14,002 nucleotides of DNA from a virus (lineage: Duplodnaviria > Heunggongvirae > Uroviricota > Caudoviricetes). This document shows positions 1-7,137 of this stretch, one piece after another (positions within the stretch are counted from its first letter, which is position 1; the number at the start of each line of letters is the position of its first letter). The notes under the pieces are model-generated. The model was given only the letters and a program-made list of their open reading frames with translations, searched no databases and was not told the DNA's origin. The stretch is taken from the IMG/VR virus record IMGVR_UViG_3300029828_000052, positions 1 through 14,002 of that record. The stretch is one strand, 5' to 3'. The translations under genes and the position numbers were made by a program.

Positions 1-2340
1 CTGGCATCGAAGTCTATGGCTTTCCCCAGCTCAACGATTGTGCGTACATCGCGATCGTTGTAGTAACGCCACGGGCAGGGGATCCCCTGCCGTTCGTATG
101 AACGGCGCAAAATCGTGTTGTCGAAGTTGGCTCCATTCCCCCAGACCTGGACAAAAAATTCACCGGAGTTTTCATCTATAAATTCCCGCAATTGCAGTAG
201 CGCATCATCTAACGGGATTTCATCGGTCAGAATGGCAGATTGCGCCTCGCGTGATTGCTTGAGCCACCATTTAATGGTGTCACGATCAATGACTCCGCCA
301 GTAGTTTCCAGATCGATGGTCTTGCTAAATTCCGGTCCCATATCTCCGGTTTGCGGATCGAAAAATATTGCACCTATTGAGATAATCGGGGCATCAGGAT
401 TTTTTCCCATGGTTTCGAGGTCGATCATTAGATGGTCATACGTCCTGCTGGTGGATGTGATTTCGTGATGACCGTTCACCTTAATTGAGTGATCTGCCGC
501 CTCGCCAGTTTCATTATCGCTGGCGTGGTCCTGAGCGCTGCCAGCATTCTCCTTGAGTGGATGTTCAGCGCCTGCCATTTCCTCCGGATCATTTTCCTGA
601 ACTTCAACCTGATTCTCTTCATCGAATGTTTCCTGGTATGTTGCGTCGCCCATCACCGCGCCACAATCAGGGCAGTTGCCGTCGCCGGTCTGACCGCAGG
701 CGGTGCAGACTTTTTCCGCTTCCTGTTGCGCTACTGGCGCAGGTTGTTTCGTTTCTGGCTCGTTTTGTAACGCATTTGAGCTGTTTTGTTCCTCTTTCTG
801 GTCGTTCTGTTCCGTTTCTTGCTGGTTCTGGTTCACAGAATCGCGGGTTTCAATCCCCTTCACCCATTTCGGATCATTCGGGTCGCTAATCCCTGCAACA
901 AATTCACCGCGAGAGGCCGCAAGCAACTTATCGGCGTCAGGCTGGCTGATATTGGCTGCTTGCATAATTTTGTTTACTTCGTCAGCGGTAACTTTTACCT
1001 GATTAACTGGATCTATCTGTGCCTGAGCATCCAGCGATTGCGTGTCCTGGCGATGTTCAGTTGTATCCGGTTCCATTGTTTCAGCCGTTGCCTGTTCATC
1101 TGCCATTGCGTCAGACGGTTGTGATTTTTCCTCATTATTTTTTTCTTCTTCTGTTTCGCGTTCAGCAGCCAGTTCGCGGTTAACTTCTTCCAGGATATCT
1201 TTTTCCGGTGTATGTCGTGCAGCAGCGAGAGTTTCCTCGGAAGGGTTCTCGTGATCAGTCTCTGTTAAATAGGCGTTGATATACCCCTGAAGACGTCCCG
1301 GGTAATGATAAAACTCAGGGTGTGCGCTCCGGATAAGTGCAAAAATAGCGGCGCGGGAATAATCCAGGATACCCGGGATTGCGCGAAGTGCCGCGGACCA
1401 TTCTTTGAACGGACTTTCTTTCTTCCGGACGATTTCTTTTGCGCGACGATAAATGCTGCCCGGAATTTCATAAATATTAAAATCCATCGGAAGTGTGGCC
1501 GCTGCAATCTCCACATCCAGCGTATCGAAGGTGTGTACTAAATTCGGATTGCGATCGGTTTTGTTCCCTCCACCGGCATTAGCACCGGAAGCCGTGCGGG
1601 TGATGCGTGAAACACGATTTCCTTTCATCCACTCTTTTGTCAGCAGACCGCGATCGGTGTAGTCAGCGCCCAGGTATGCTTCGAAAAAAGCAGTCATCAG
1701 TCCCAGATCTGAATTACCAGGATTAGGGAAAACTTTGTCAGTGTCACGAACCAGTTTGTGGAGATCGCGAATTTCCAGCGGTTCGAGTTGCGCTGCTTTA
1801 TTTGAGATGGCCAGCGCGGTAACGGCGGGAAGTTTTTCATCCTGTGCGTTATGTAATGCGCGTAGTTCGCCCCGCGAAACGTGTGTGATCGGTTTTTCGC
1901 TGCCGTGCTGTGCCAGCCATCGAACAGGCAGAATCTGACCTGAAACCGGCAGGAGCATATTCTCCTCAATCTCAGTCATGTCTTCGCCGTTGACGTTGGT
2001 ATTGTCAGTGCTGGCTGGTTTATCCTGAACAGAGGGCGAGGGCGCGATAAGTACCATTGTGATACCATCTTCCCCGCCTTTTTCGTATCGGTTGCAGAAT
2101 TCGGTATCAAACACGCCTTCCGGAGGAAGGTCATTCACAACGGGTAAATGGACGCGAACAGGTTTTTTAAAATCCTCTTCGTCAAATCCTGCATCGTCCA
2201 TTGCGACAACACCGCGTGATATTGCAAGCGATAGTTTTTTTGCTGTGCGCCAGTAAAAACCGCCTTTAATCCCAAGACGTTTTCTGACTTTGTCATTTTT
2301 GGCTTCGTAATATAGTGCAATTTCTTCTTTATCAGTGCTC
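1..2340 (-). CDS. recE: Exodeoxyribonuclease VIII (RecE-family) protein, 3'-truncated by window edge; Cys4 motif and DnaQ-like DEDD exonuclease motifs near the window edge
   Basis: My own translation from ATG at 2340-2338 runs 780 codons to position 1 with no stop; the ORF track lists no minus-strand ORF in this frame, consistent with an open frame leaving the window. GAGG lies 8 nt upstream and an in-frame stop 8 codons upstream. Translation contains stretches I recognise as RecE-like ([50 protein letters not shown]), then [16 protein letters not shown], then MIDLETMG and VWGNGANFD. Confidence 0.7.
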
Positions 2341-2419
2341 ATTGATAAACCTCATTACAGATTTAAGGGTGAACAAATCCCTGCCATTGCTGGCATATAA
2401 AAATGAAACCGGATATTTA

Positions 2420-2623
2420 TTACGGTGCTGGTTTAAGTCCTGCCGGGATTTCGTTATTGTCCATGTGAATAACTTTATCAACCGGATAACAGTTACCGGG
2501 AATTTTCTGTTCTGCTGCGGCAGCCATGCATTCTTTCATCGAACCGTAAATGTCAATAACCAGGTCAACAGGCTCGCCAGTGTTAAGAAAAACAGTCAGA
2601 GTGAGGGCAACAGCAGTATTCAT
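2420..2623 (-). CDS. Small protein (67 aa), YdfD-like position downstream of dicB
   Basis: Internal ATG (2623-2621) of ORF 2420..2677; ATGA start/stop overlap with dicB gives translational coupling; AGGA upstream. Identity as YdfD is by position only. Confidence 0.5.
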   Translation of the reverse strand: MNTAVALTLTVFLNTGEPVDLVIDIYGSMKECMAAAAEQKIPGNCYPVDKVIHMDNNEIPAGLKPAP

Positions 2624-2808
2624 TGCCAGTATCCTTTTTGCATCAGACGTAAACGGGCCAGCATTGAAACAATGCATATTTTATTTAATAGCTCCCGTTC
2701 TTGTTTTCTCTTGTTAATGGCATCTTCAGTAAATACAGGGTTACTGATAGTGACACCAATTTCAAAACAACCTTCAGACGTATTAACGTTTGGTAATAAC
2801 GTTTTCAT
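2620..2808 (-). CDS. dicB: Cell division inhibitor DicB (62 aa)
   Basis: Internal ATG (2808-2806) of ORF 2620..2904 preceded by AGGA; the 62-aa product MKTLLPNVNTSEGCFEIGVTISNPVFTEDAINKRKQERELLNKICIVSMLARLRLMQKGYWQ matches my recollection of DicB in size and sequence; lies about 180 bp downstream of the DicF-like sRNA as in the Qin dicB operon. Confidence 0.8.
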   Translation of the reverse strand: MKTLLPNVNTSEGCFEIGVTISNPVFTEDAINKRKQERELLNKICIVSMLARLRLMQKGYWQ

Positions 2809-2991
2809 TATCGCGTCCTCAACAATGAATTTTGTGATGCAGTGCCTGGTGCCTCCAGGTGACGTTAACCAGTTAACAATTAACGCCGGATACAGAGAAC
2901 CCACCCATAAGAACCAATACGGAAGTCAACTGGCCTTTTTAACTGTTCCGCGTGCGCTGAGCCGCATTCACCGCATCACAAAATTCACTTT

Positions 2992-3050
2992 AAAAAGGGC
3001 GGACATCAGCCAGCAATGAAAACTGATGCCGCCAAAAGGTAATCAACATG
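2992..3050 (-). ncRNA. dicF: DicF-like small RNA with intrinsic terminator (boundaries approximate)
   Basis: Minus strand reads ...UUGAUUACCUUUUGGCGGCAUCAGUUUUCAUUGCUGGCUGAUGUCCGCCCUUUUU. It shares the UUUGGCGG(U/C)AUCAGUUUU core and the GCCGCCCUUUUU-type terminator with DicF as I recall it, and sits immediately upstream of dicB. Confidence 0.6.
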
Positions 3051-3281
3051 GGTTGTTGCAGCTGATTGCCACAACCGGAAGCGCACGGACGAAGATGCCG
3101 GCGGCACGCAACAGAGGGAGAAATAACTTCGCCGTGCGCTTTCGTGTTGTGCCCTGGCTTTTCAGGGATATATCCTTTCAGTAAACTGTCAGTGCCGGAT
3201 TCTTATCCGTGTCCGGCGCACGACCACACGTGGCAGCGTGTTGGTCTCCATTTTTAACCCAGAACCTCAATGGAGGATAAA

Positions 3282-3491
3282 ATGCCAAACAGACCAATAC
3301 ATCCGCTTATTGAAAAACAGATTGAATGTCTGGTTAATCAACTCAGGCAATCAGGGTTATTAAAAACTCATTCAGAGTTAAGACTCACGGAATCAGCATT
3401 TGACGATAAATTAAATAATGCGCTTTATAATGGCATCATTGATTACAATCGTGGTGCTGGTCGCCGTGGCCCTGCTGGTACTGCTTTGTAA
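3282..3491 (+). CDS. Hypothetical small protein (69 aa), convergent with the 212-aa gene
   Basis: ATG at 3282 with GGAGG 5 nt upstream (the ORF track start at 3270 lies inside that SD). Only ORF in a 440-bp stretch. Stops back-to-back with the opposing gene (TAATTA at 3489-3494). No recognisable family. Confidence 0.4.
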   Translation: MPNRPIHPLIEKQIECLVNQLRQSGLLKTHSELRLTESAFDDKLNNALYNGIIDYNRGAGRRGPAGTAL

Positions 3492-4130
3492 TTACCAGTT
3501 AATCCAGAGCGGATAGTGTTCAGCATAAATATAGCTATACACATCCAGGTTGTATTTGTGGTCTGTCCTTAGCAGGTCGCAAATACACGCCGCAGCTTCC
3601 AGGGAAGCGGCTTTGTTGCTGAATAACCATGTAGCAACATTCCAGCGATTATCTTTATCCCACTCTTTTGCGAGAGCTGACACCACGAAGGAGCCGTTGG
3701 TGTTGCCATCAAATACTTCCGTTTCCAGATTTTTAAGTAATGCCTGGTGAATTTTTGCCAGGTATTCAGTCGGAATTTCGCCACGAATTCGGATAAGGTT
3801 GTCATAAACAAACATGTTTCCCGCATATGGCGATTTTTCTTCCTTGTTTTTTAAACCAGCATCATGAGCAAACTGATCAATTTCTTCTTCCGTTGGTTTT
3901 GTATTGATGTTTTGCGCTGTCGCTTCTGCAATTTTCTTTGCCACATTCTCTGGGTCGTGTTTATTTACAGACGCACAGAAATACAATCCGGTAAACGCAT
4001 CGCGCACATTACGAACCATATTATCGATGGCTTCTTTTTCTACGGTACTCAGGTCAAGAGTCGCCAGTTGGGAACGAACTATATTCGCTGCCGTTTCCTG
4101 GAATTGCATTGGTAAATCTTTAAATTCCAT
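3492..4130 (-). CDS. Hypothetical protein (212 aa), no recognisable family; part of an apparent insertion between the ydfC-like gene and DicF
   Basis: Complete ORF in the track; start lies 22 nt downstream of the ydfC-like stop with a GAGG-type SD; translation looks protein-like, not low-complexity. Confidence 0.75.
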   Translation of the reverse strand: MEFKDLPMQFQETAANIVRSQLATLDLSTVEKEAIDNMVRNVRDAFTGLYFCASVNKHDPENVAKKIAEATAQNINTKPTEEEIDQFAHDAGLKNKEEKSPYAGNMFVYDNLIRIRGEIPTEYLAKIHQALLKNLETEVFDGNTNGSFVVSALAKEWDKDNRWNVATWLFSNKAASLEAAACICDLLRTDHKYNLDVYSYIYAEHYPLWINW

Positions 4131-4152
4131 TATTAACCTCGTTGGTTAGCTA

Positions 4153-4371
4153 TTAACGCGGGTATGTAATCATTCTGGCAATGCTTAATGCCGCTGCTTT
4201 TTCCAGCCTGGTGATATCCTGCTCCAGAGCGGACAGATTTTCAGCCTGCTTAGCCCTGGCTTCATTGGCCCATTTCAGATCCTGCGCTGCATTAATTTTC
4301 TGGCGCATCCACTCATAAAGTTCATCATCGGTATAGTCTGGCGCGATGATGACGGGTTCTCGTTTCTGCAT
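4153..4371 (-). CDS. YdfC-like small protein (72 aa)
   Basis: Complete ORF with GAGGA SD; position and size match ydfC of the dicB operon. Confidence 0.7.
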   Translation of the reverse strand: MQKREPVIIAPDYTDDELYEWMRQKINAAQDLKWANEARAKQAENLSALEQDITRLEKAAALSIARMITYPR

Positions 4372-4401
4372 ACTGAATTCCTCGCGGTGATGTTTCGCTT
4401 A

Positions 4402-4530
4402 TCAGCCGTTATATTTTGCCGAACTGGAAAGCGCCTGTTTAAATTCGTTGAAGCTGAGAGCTTCTTCGCCTTCGGCAAGGCCTTCGAAGTATTCTTCGTA
4501 AGCCTTTTCCATGATTGTGTCGAAATCCAT
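4402..4530 (-). CDS. YdfB/YdaG-like small protein (42 aa)
   Basis: My own translation (below the ORF-track size cutoff): MDFDTIMEKAYEEYFEGLAEGEEALSFNEFKQALSSSAKYNG. ATG sits 1 nt after the upstream gene's stop; AGGTGAG SD. Confidence 0.6.
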   Translation of the reverse strand: MDFDTIMEKAYEEYFEGLAEGEEALSFNEFKQALSSSAKYNG

Positions 4531-4531
4531 A

Positions 4532-4687
4532 TCACTCACCTGAGTTTCTTTCCAGCCAGCGACGCGCGCCAGATTCGGTTTTAAACATTTTGCTTTTGGT
4601 ATACGTCATCGCGGTGAACGTGCCGTCCTGGTTTGGGAACACGCCGCATACCAGAGATTCGTTGTTACCAAGATCGATAGTATCCAT
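4532..4687 (-). CDS. YdfA/YdaF-like small protein (51 aa)
   Basis: Internal ATG (4687-4685) of ORF 4532..4780 with GAGG SD: MDTIDLGNNESLVCGVFPNQDGTFTAMTYTKSKMFKTESGARRWLERNSGE. The 31-codon upstream extension runs through the operator sequence and is not used. Confidence 0.65.
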   Translation of the reverse strand: MDTIDLGNNESLVCGVFPNQDGTFTAMTYTKSKMFKTESGARRWLERNSGE

Positions 4688-4765
4688 ATTGACCTCATTT
4701 CCCCTTAACGCCGGGGTAGCGGAACTGTTTGCTGAGAACACCGTGCGGTGTCTTGATGGGTGGTA

Positions 4766-4877
4766 ATTTAGTTTTCTCATGAATTCTGGTCAAGTATTTT
4801 TAATGAGAAAACTCAACATTTAATGCAAAATAAAGCCAATACATTGAAATGTAAGGCTTTAAAATTTGTGAAGGGGG
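4766..4877. promoter_or_regulatory. Leftward early promoter/operator region (PL/OL-like) with two operator-like palindromes
   Basis: AT-rich intergenic region between repressor stop and first early-left gene. TGAGAAAACTCA at 4804-4815 and imperfect copy TTTAGTTTTCTCAT at 4768-4781, centres about 34 bp apart; same motif as the operator at 5336-5349. Confidence 0.5.
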
Positions 4878-5285
4878 TTACTGATGTTTGTTACGTTTGC
4901 GAGCTTCTAGTAGCTCGGTGAATAGGCGATTAAAATTCTCAACGCGGGCACGGAGTTCGCTGATTTGTGCTTGCTGCTCTGATTTTGGAAGTGCGCGATA
5001 CAATCGCAACATCTCCAACTCATCTTCCGATAAGTCTAAGGCGCTGTTGAGTGCAACTGGTGGATCTGGTGTTTTATCCTCGTCACCAAACAGTATCCAA
5101 GTTGGTGAACATTGCAATACCTCAGCCAGGCGATGCAAATTTTGCCCGCGCGGGGCTGTATGGTCGCTTTCCCATAGTGAAATTGATGAGCCAGATACGC
5201 CAGCAGCTTTGCTTAAATCGTTTTGACTTAAACCAACCTGTTTGCGTCTTTCTCTAATTCGTTGACCTAAAGTTTTCTCGTTCAT
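4878..5285 (-). CDS. dicA: HTH XRE-family prophage repressor, DicA-like (135 aa)
   Basis: Complete ORF; N-terminal HTH (LSQNDLSKAAGVSGSSISLWE); VLQCSPTWILFGDEDK and ARVENFNRLFTELLEARKR match my recollection of DicA; divergent from a cro-like gene. No obvious SD, so possibly leaderless. Confidence 0.9.
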   Translation of the reverse strand: MNEKTLGQRIRERRKQVGLSQNDLSKAAGVSGSSISLWESDHTAPRGQNLHRLAEVLQCSPTWILFGDEDKTPDPPVALNSALDLSEDELEMLRLYRALPKSEQQAQISELRARVENFNRLFTELLEARKRNKHQ

Positions 5286-5362
5286 ATTTAGATATCTTAA
5301 TAACCCTTGACTTGAGATTCCTTGAGTGATTACTATTGAGAAAACTCAACTTTGGAGGGGTG
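5286..5362. promoter_or_regulatory. Divergent promoter/operator region (PR/OR-like)
   Basis: -35 TTGACT (5307-5312), 18-nt spacer, -10 TACTAT (5331-5336); perfect palindrome TTGAGAAAACTCAA (5336-5349) overlapping the -10 and +1; CTTGAG half-sites at 5311-5316 and 5321-5326; GGAGGGG SD at 5354-5360. Confidence 0.6.
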
Positions 5363-5590
5363 ATGTTTAAATCAGACGTAATTAATTTTTATGGGACGAA
5401 AGCCAAAGTAGCGAAAGCTGCTGGTGTTGATCCATCTGCTGTTTCTCAATGGGGGGAATTGGTTCCTGAAGGTCGCGCGATGCGCCTGCAAGAGGCATCC
5501 GGCGGGGAACTTCAGTACGACCCCAAAGTTTATGACGAATATCGTAAGGCAAAGCGGGCGGGGCGGTTGAACAATGAAAATCACCCCTGA
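5363..5590 (+). CDS. dicC: Cro-like regulator, DicC/YdaS family (75 aa)
   Basis: ATG at 5363 sits 3 nt after the GGAGGGG SD; the track start at 5336 is a TTG inside the operator. Small basic protein divergent from the repressor gene. Confidence 0.75.
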   Translation: MFKSDVINFYGTKAKVAKAAGVDPSAVSQWGELVPEGRAMRLQEASGGELQYDPKVYDEYRKAKRAGRLNNENHP

Positions 5591-6125
5591 ACAGGTTTGT
5601 GAGGCTCTGGATGCCTGGGTATGCCGACCAGGAATGACACAGGAGCAGGCGACGATATTAATCACGGAAGCATTCTGGGCTCTGAAAGAACGCCCGAACA
5701 TCGATGTTCAACGCGTCACGTTTAATGATGGCGAGGTTGATCAACGGGCGCTGGGCGTTAACCGGGTGAAGATATTCGAACGCTGGAAAGCTATCGACAC
5801 CAGGGATAAGCGGAAAAAATTCACGGCGCTGATTCCGGCAATTATGGAGGCTATCCGAATTAGTGATTTCAGGTTGTATCGTGAGATCAGTGATGGAAAA
5901 AGCATTACGTACATGATCGCCGGATTAAACAAAGAATATGGCGATGTGGTGGAGTCTGGGCTGCTTTTTGCGGATCCATCTGTTGTGGAACGTGAGACTG
6001 ACGAGCTTATAGAAAAAGCTATTGCTTTCAAGCATGCGTATCGTCAGCAATATCAATATTACTTTGCAGATAAACAAATGTCTGCCAGGGGTTCGTATGA
6101 GTATCGATGCACTACGATGGGCTAA
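5574..6125 (+). CDS. YdaT-like (CII-like) regulatory protein (183 aa)
   Basis: Complete ORF overlapping the cro-like gene by 17 nt; second gene after cro; contains ALIPAIMEAI, resembling what I recall of Rac YdaT. Confidence 0.7.
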   Translation: MKITPEQVCEALDAWVCRPGMTQEQATILITEAFWALKERPNIDVQRVTFNDGEVDQRALGVNRVKIFERWKAIDTRDKRKKFTALIPAIMEAIRISDFRLYREISDGKSITYMIAGLNKEYGDVVESGLLFADPSVVERETDELIEKAIAFKHAYRQQYQYYFADKQMSARGSYEYRCTTMG

Positions 6126-7137
6126 AAAGGTGAAAACCGGCAGTTCATCCAGTAAGTCTGTATTGACCTGGCTTGCTGATATGTGCGGTGCCGATTTGTG
6201 TGCATACCCGTCTGTATCTGCACTGGCAGAAGTAACGGAACTGAACAAAAAGACTGTGCAGGACAGCTTACGACACCTGATGGAGATTGGGTTAATTGTT
6301 GATACCGGTGAGAGAAAAGGCAAAACAAAGCAAATTGTGGTGTACCGACTTATCGGTGTAGAAGAAAGTGTTGCCGAGCCTGAATACACCCAAAAACGGG
6401 AGTCTTTAAAGGTGGGTAAAATTGGTGCTGTTAATAAAAACAGTACCGAAAATGGTTATGTTTCAGCACAAAACAGACCCAAAAACGGAACTCTTAGCTG
6501 CATGGAAAATAACCAAAGACACCCAAATTTTCCATCAAAGACACCCAAAAACGGATCACGGAACCCAAAGGAACCCAAAGATCTAAACCCCACACATAAC
6601 GCACGCGAGAGTGCTCCGACCAGTGAGCAGGAGGTTTTGTCGTTACAGGCAGCCCCCCCTGTATTCCTGGATGGCCTGAGCGAACCCATCGGAAAATTCC
6701 CGATGAGCGATAGCTGGTATCCGTCACGGGATTTTCGACGACGGGCTGCGTTGTGGGGGATGGCTTTGCCGGAGACAGAATTTACACCTGCTGAACTTGC
6801 CGCCTTCCGGGACTACTGGGCAGCGGAGGGTAAAGTTTTCACGCAGGTTCAGTGGGAGCAGAAATTCGCCCGTCACGTAAATCACGTCAGGGCGCAGGCT
6901 AAACCAGTCAGCAAGGGGGTAAACCATGCAGCAGCACCAGGTGGCACCGCATCACGGGCAGTTCAGGAAATTCGGGCAGCACGTGAGCAGTGGGAACGTG
7001 AAAACGGATTTATCAACGACGGAAACTGCCTGGAAGCTGTGGGAACTCATGGGGGAGGTTTATTCGAACCGCTGGACCCAGAAGAACGGGGCCGCACCTT
7101 CGAAGCTCTGGATTGCACAGATTGGCGCGATGACTGA
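6097..7137 (+). CDS. Replication initiation protein, O-like (N-terminal HTH, low-complexity linker, DnaT-like C-terminal region)
   Basis: ATG at 6097 with AGGGG SD (track start 6022 is further upstream). N-terminus MSIDALRWAKK...SVSALAEVTELNKKTVQDSLRHLMEIGLI is HTH-like; linker NRPKNGTLSCMENNQRHPNFPSKTPKNGSRNPKEPK coincides with the iteron-like repeats; C-terminal DSWYPSRDF...FRDYWAAEGKVFTQVQWEQKFARHV. The last ~70 codons overlap the P-like ORF. Confidence 0.75.
   Translation: MSIDALRWAKKVKTGSSSSKSVLTWLADMCGADLCAYPSVSALAEVTELNKKTVQDSLRHLMEIGLIVDTGERKGKTKQIVVYRLIGVEESVAEPEYTQKRESLKVGKIGAVNKNSTENGYVSAQNRPKNGTLSCMENNQRHPNFPSKTPKNGSRNPKEPKDLNPTHNARESAPTSEQEVLSLQAAPPVFLDGLSEPIGKFPMSDSWYPSRDFRRRAALWGMALPETEFTPAELAAFRDYWAAEGKVFTQVQWEQKFARHVNHVRAQAKPVSKGVNHAAAPGGTASRAVQEIRAAREQWERENGFINDGNCLEAVGTHGGGLFEPLDPEERGRTFEALDCTDWRDD
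6475..6580. repeat. Iteron-like direct repeats inside the O-like gene linker (candidate origin)
   Basis: AGACCCAAAAACGGAAC (6475-6491), AGACACCCAAATTTTCC (6517-6533), AGACACCCAAAAACGGATC (6539-6557), tandem GAACCCAAAG x2 (6561-6580); 21-22 bp phasing. Confidence 0.45.

Noticed and set aside
115-2256. Nine plus-strand ORFs (115..468 through 2059..2256) and minus-strand ORFs 1265..1516, 1697..1969, 2135..2320
   Set aside because: All lie antisense to, or out of frame with, the single 780-codon RecE-like frame that is open from 2340 to position 1; several are Ser/Cys/Arg-rich low-complexity translations typical of shadow ORFs.
2315-3019. Plus-strand 234-aa ORF
   Set aside because: Runs antisense across dicB, the ydfD-like gene and the DicF-like RNA, has no SD, and a frame full of Cys/Asn/Phe runs; the minus-strand genes are better supported by RBSs, coupling and family resemblance.
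3066-3257. Plus-strand 63-aa ORF in the structured spacer
   Set aside because: No RBS, Arg/Cys/Pro-rich translation, and it coincides with the inverted-repeat-rich region that is more plausibly RNA structure.
3550-4149. ORFs 3550..3750(+), 3569..3826(-), 3864..4115(+), 3904..4149(+)
   Set aside because: Alternative frames or antisense within the 212-aa gene, which is the longest and most protein-like reading there.
4275-4780. ORFs 4275..4535(-), 4387..4584(+), 4515..4766(+) and the long form of 4532..4780(-)
   Set aside because: The first three overlap the better-supported small genes in other frames; the long form of the last extends through the operator palindrome (its MRKLN start is the operator read as codons), so the internal ATG at 4687 is used.
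5336-5362. TTG start at 5336 for the cro-like gene and the ORF-track starts at 6022 and 10227
   Set aside because: Each has a downstream start codon with a canonical SD at proper spacing (5363, 6097, 10299); the extended forms would overlap the operator or the preceding gene.
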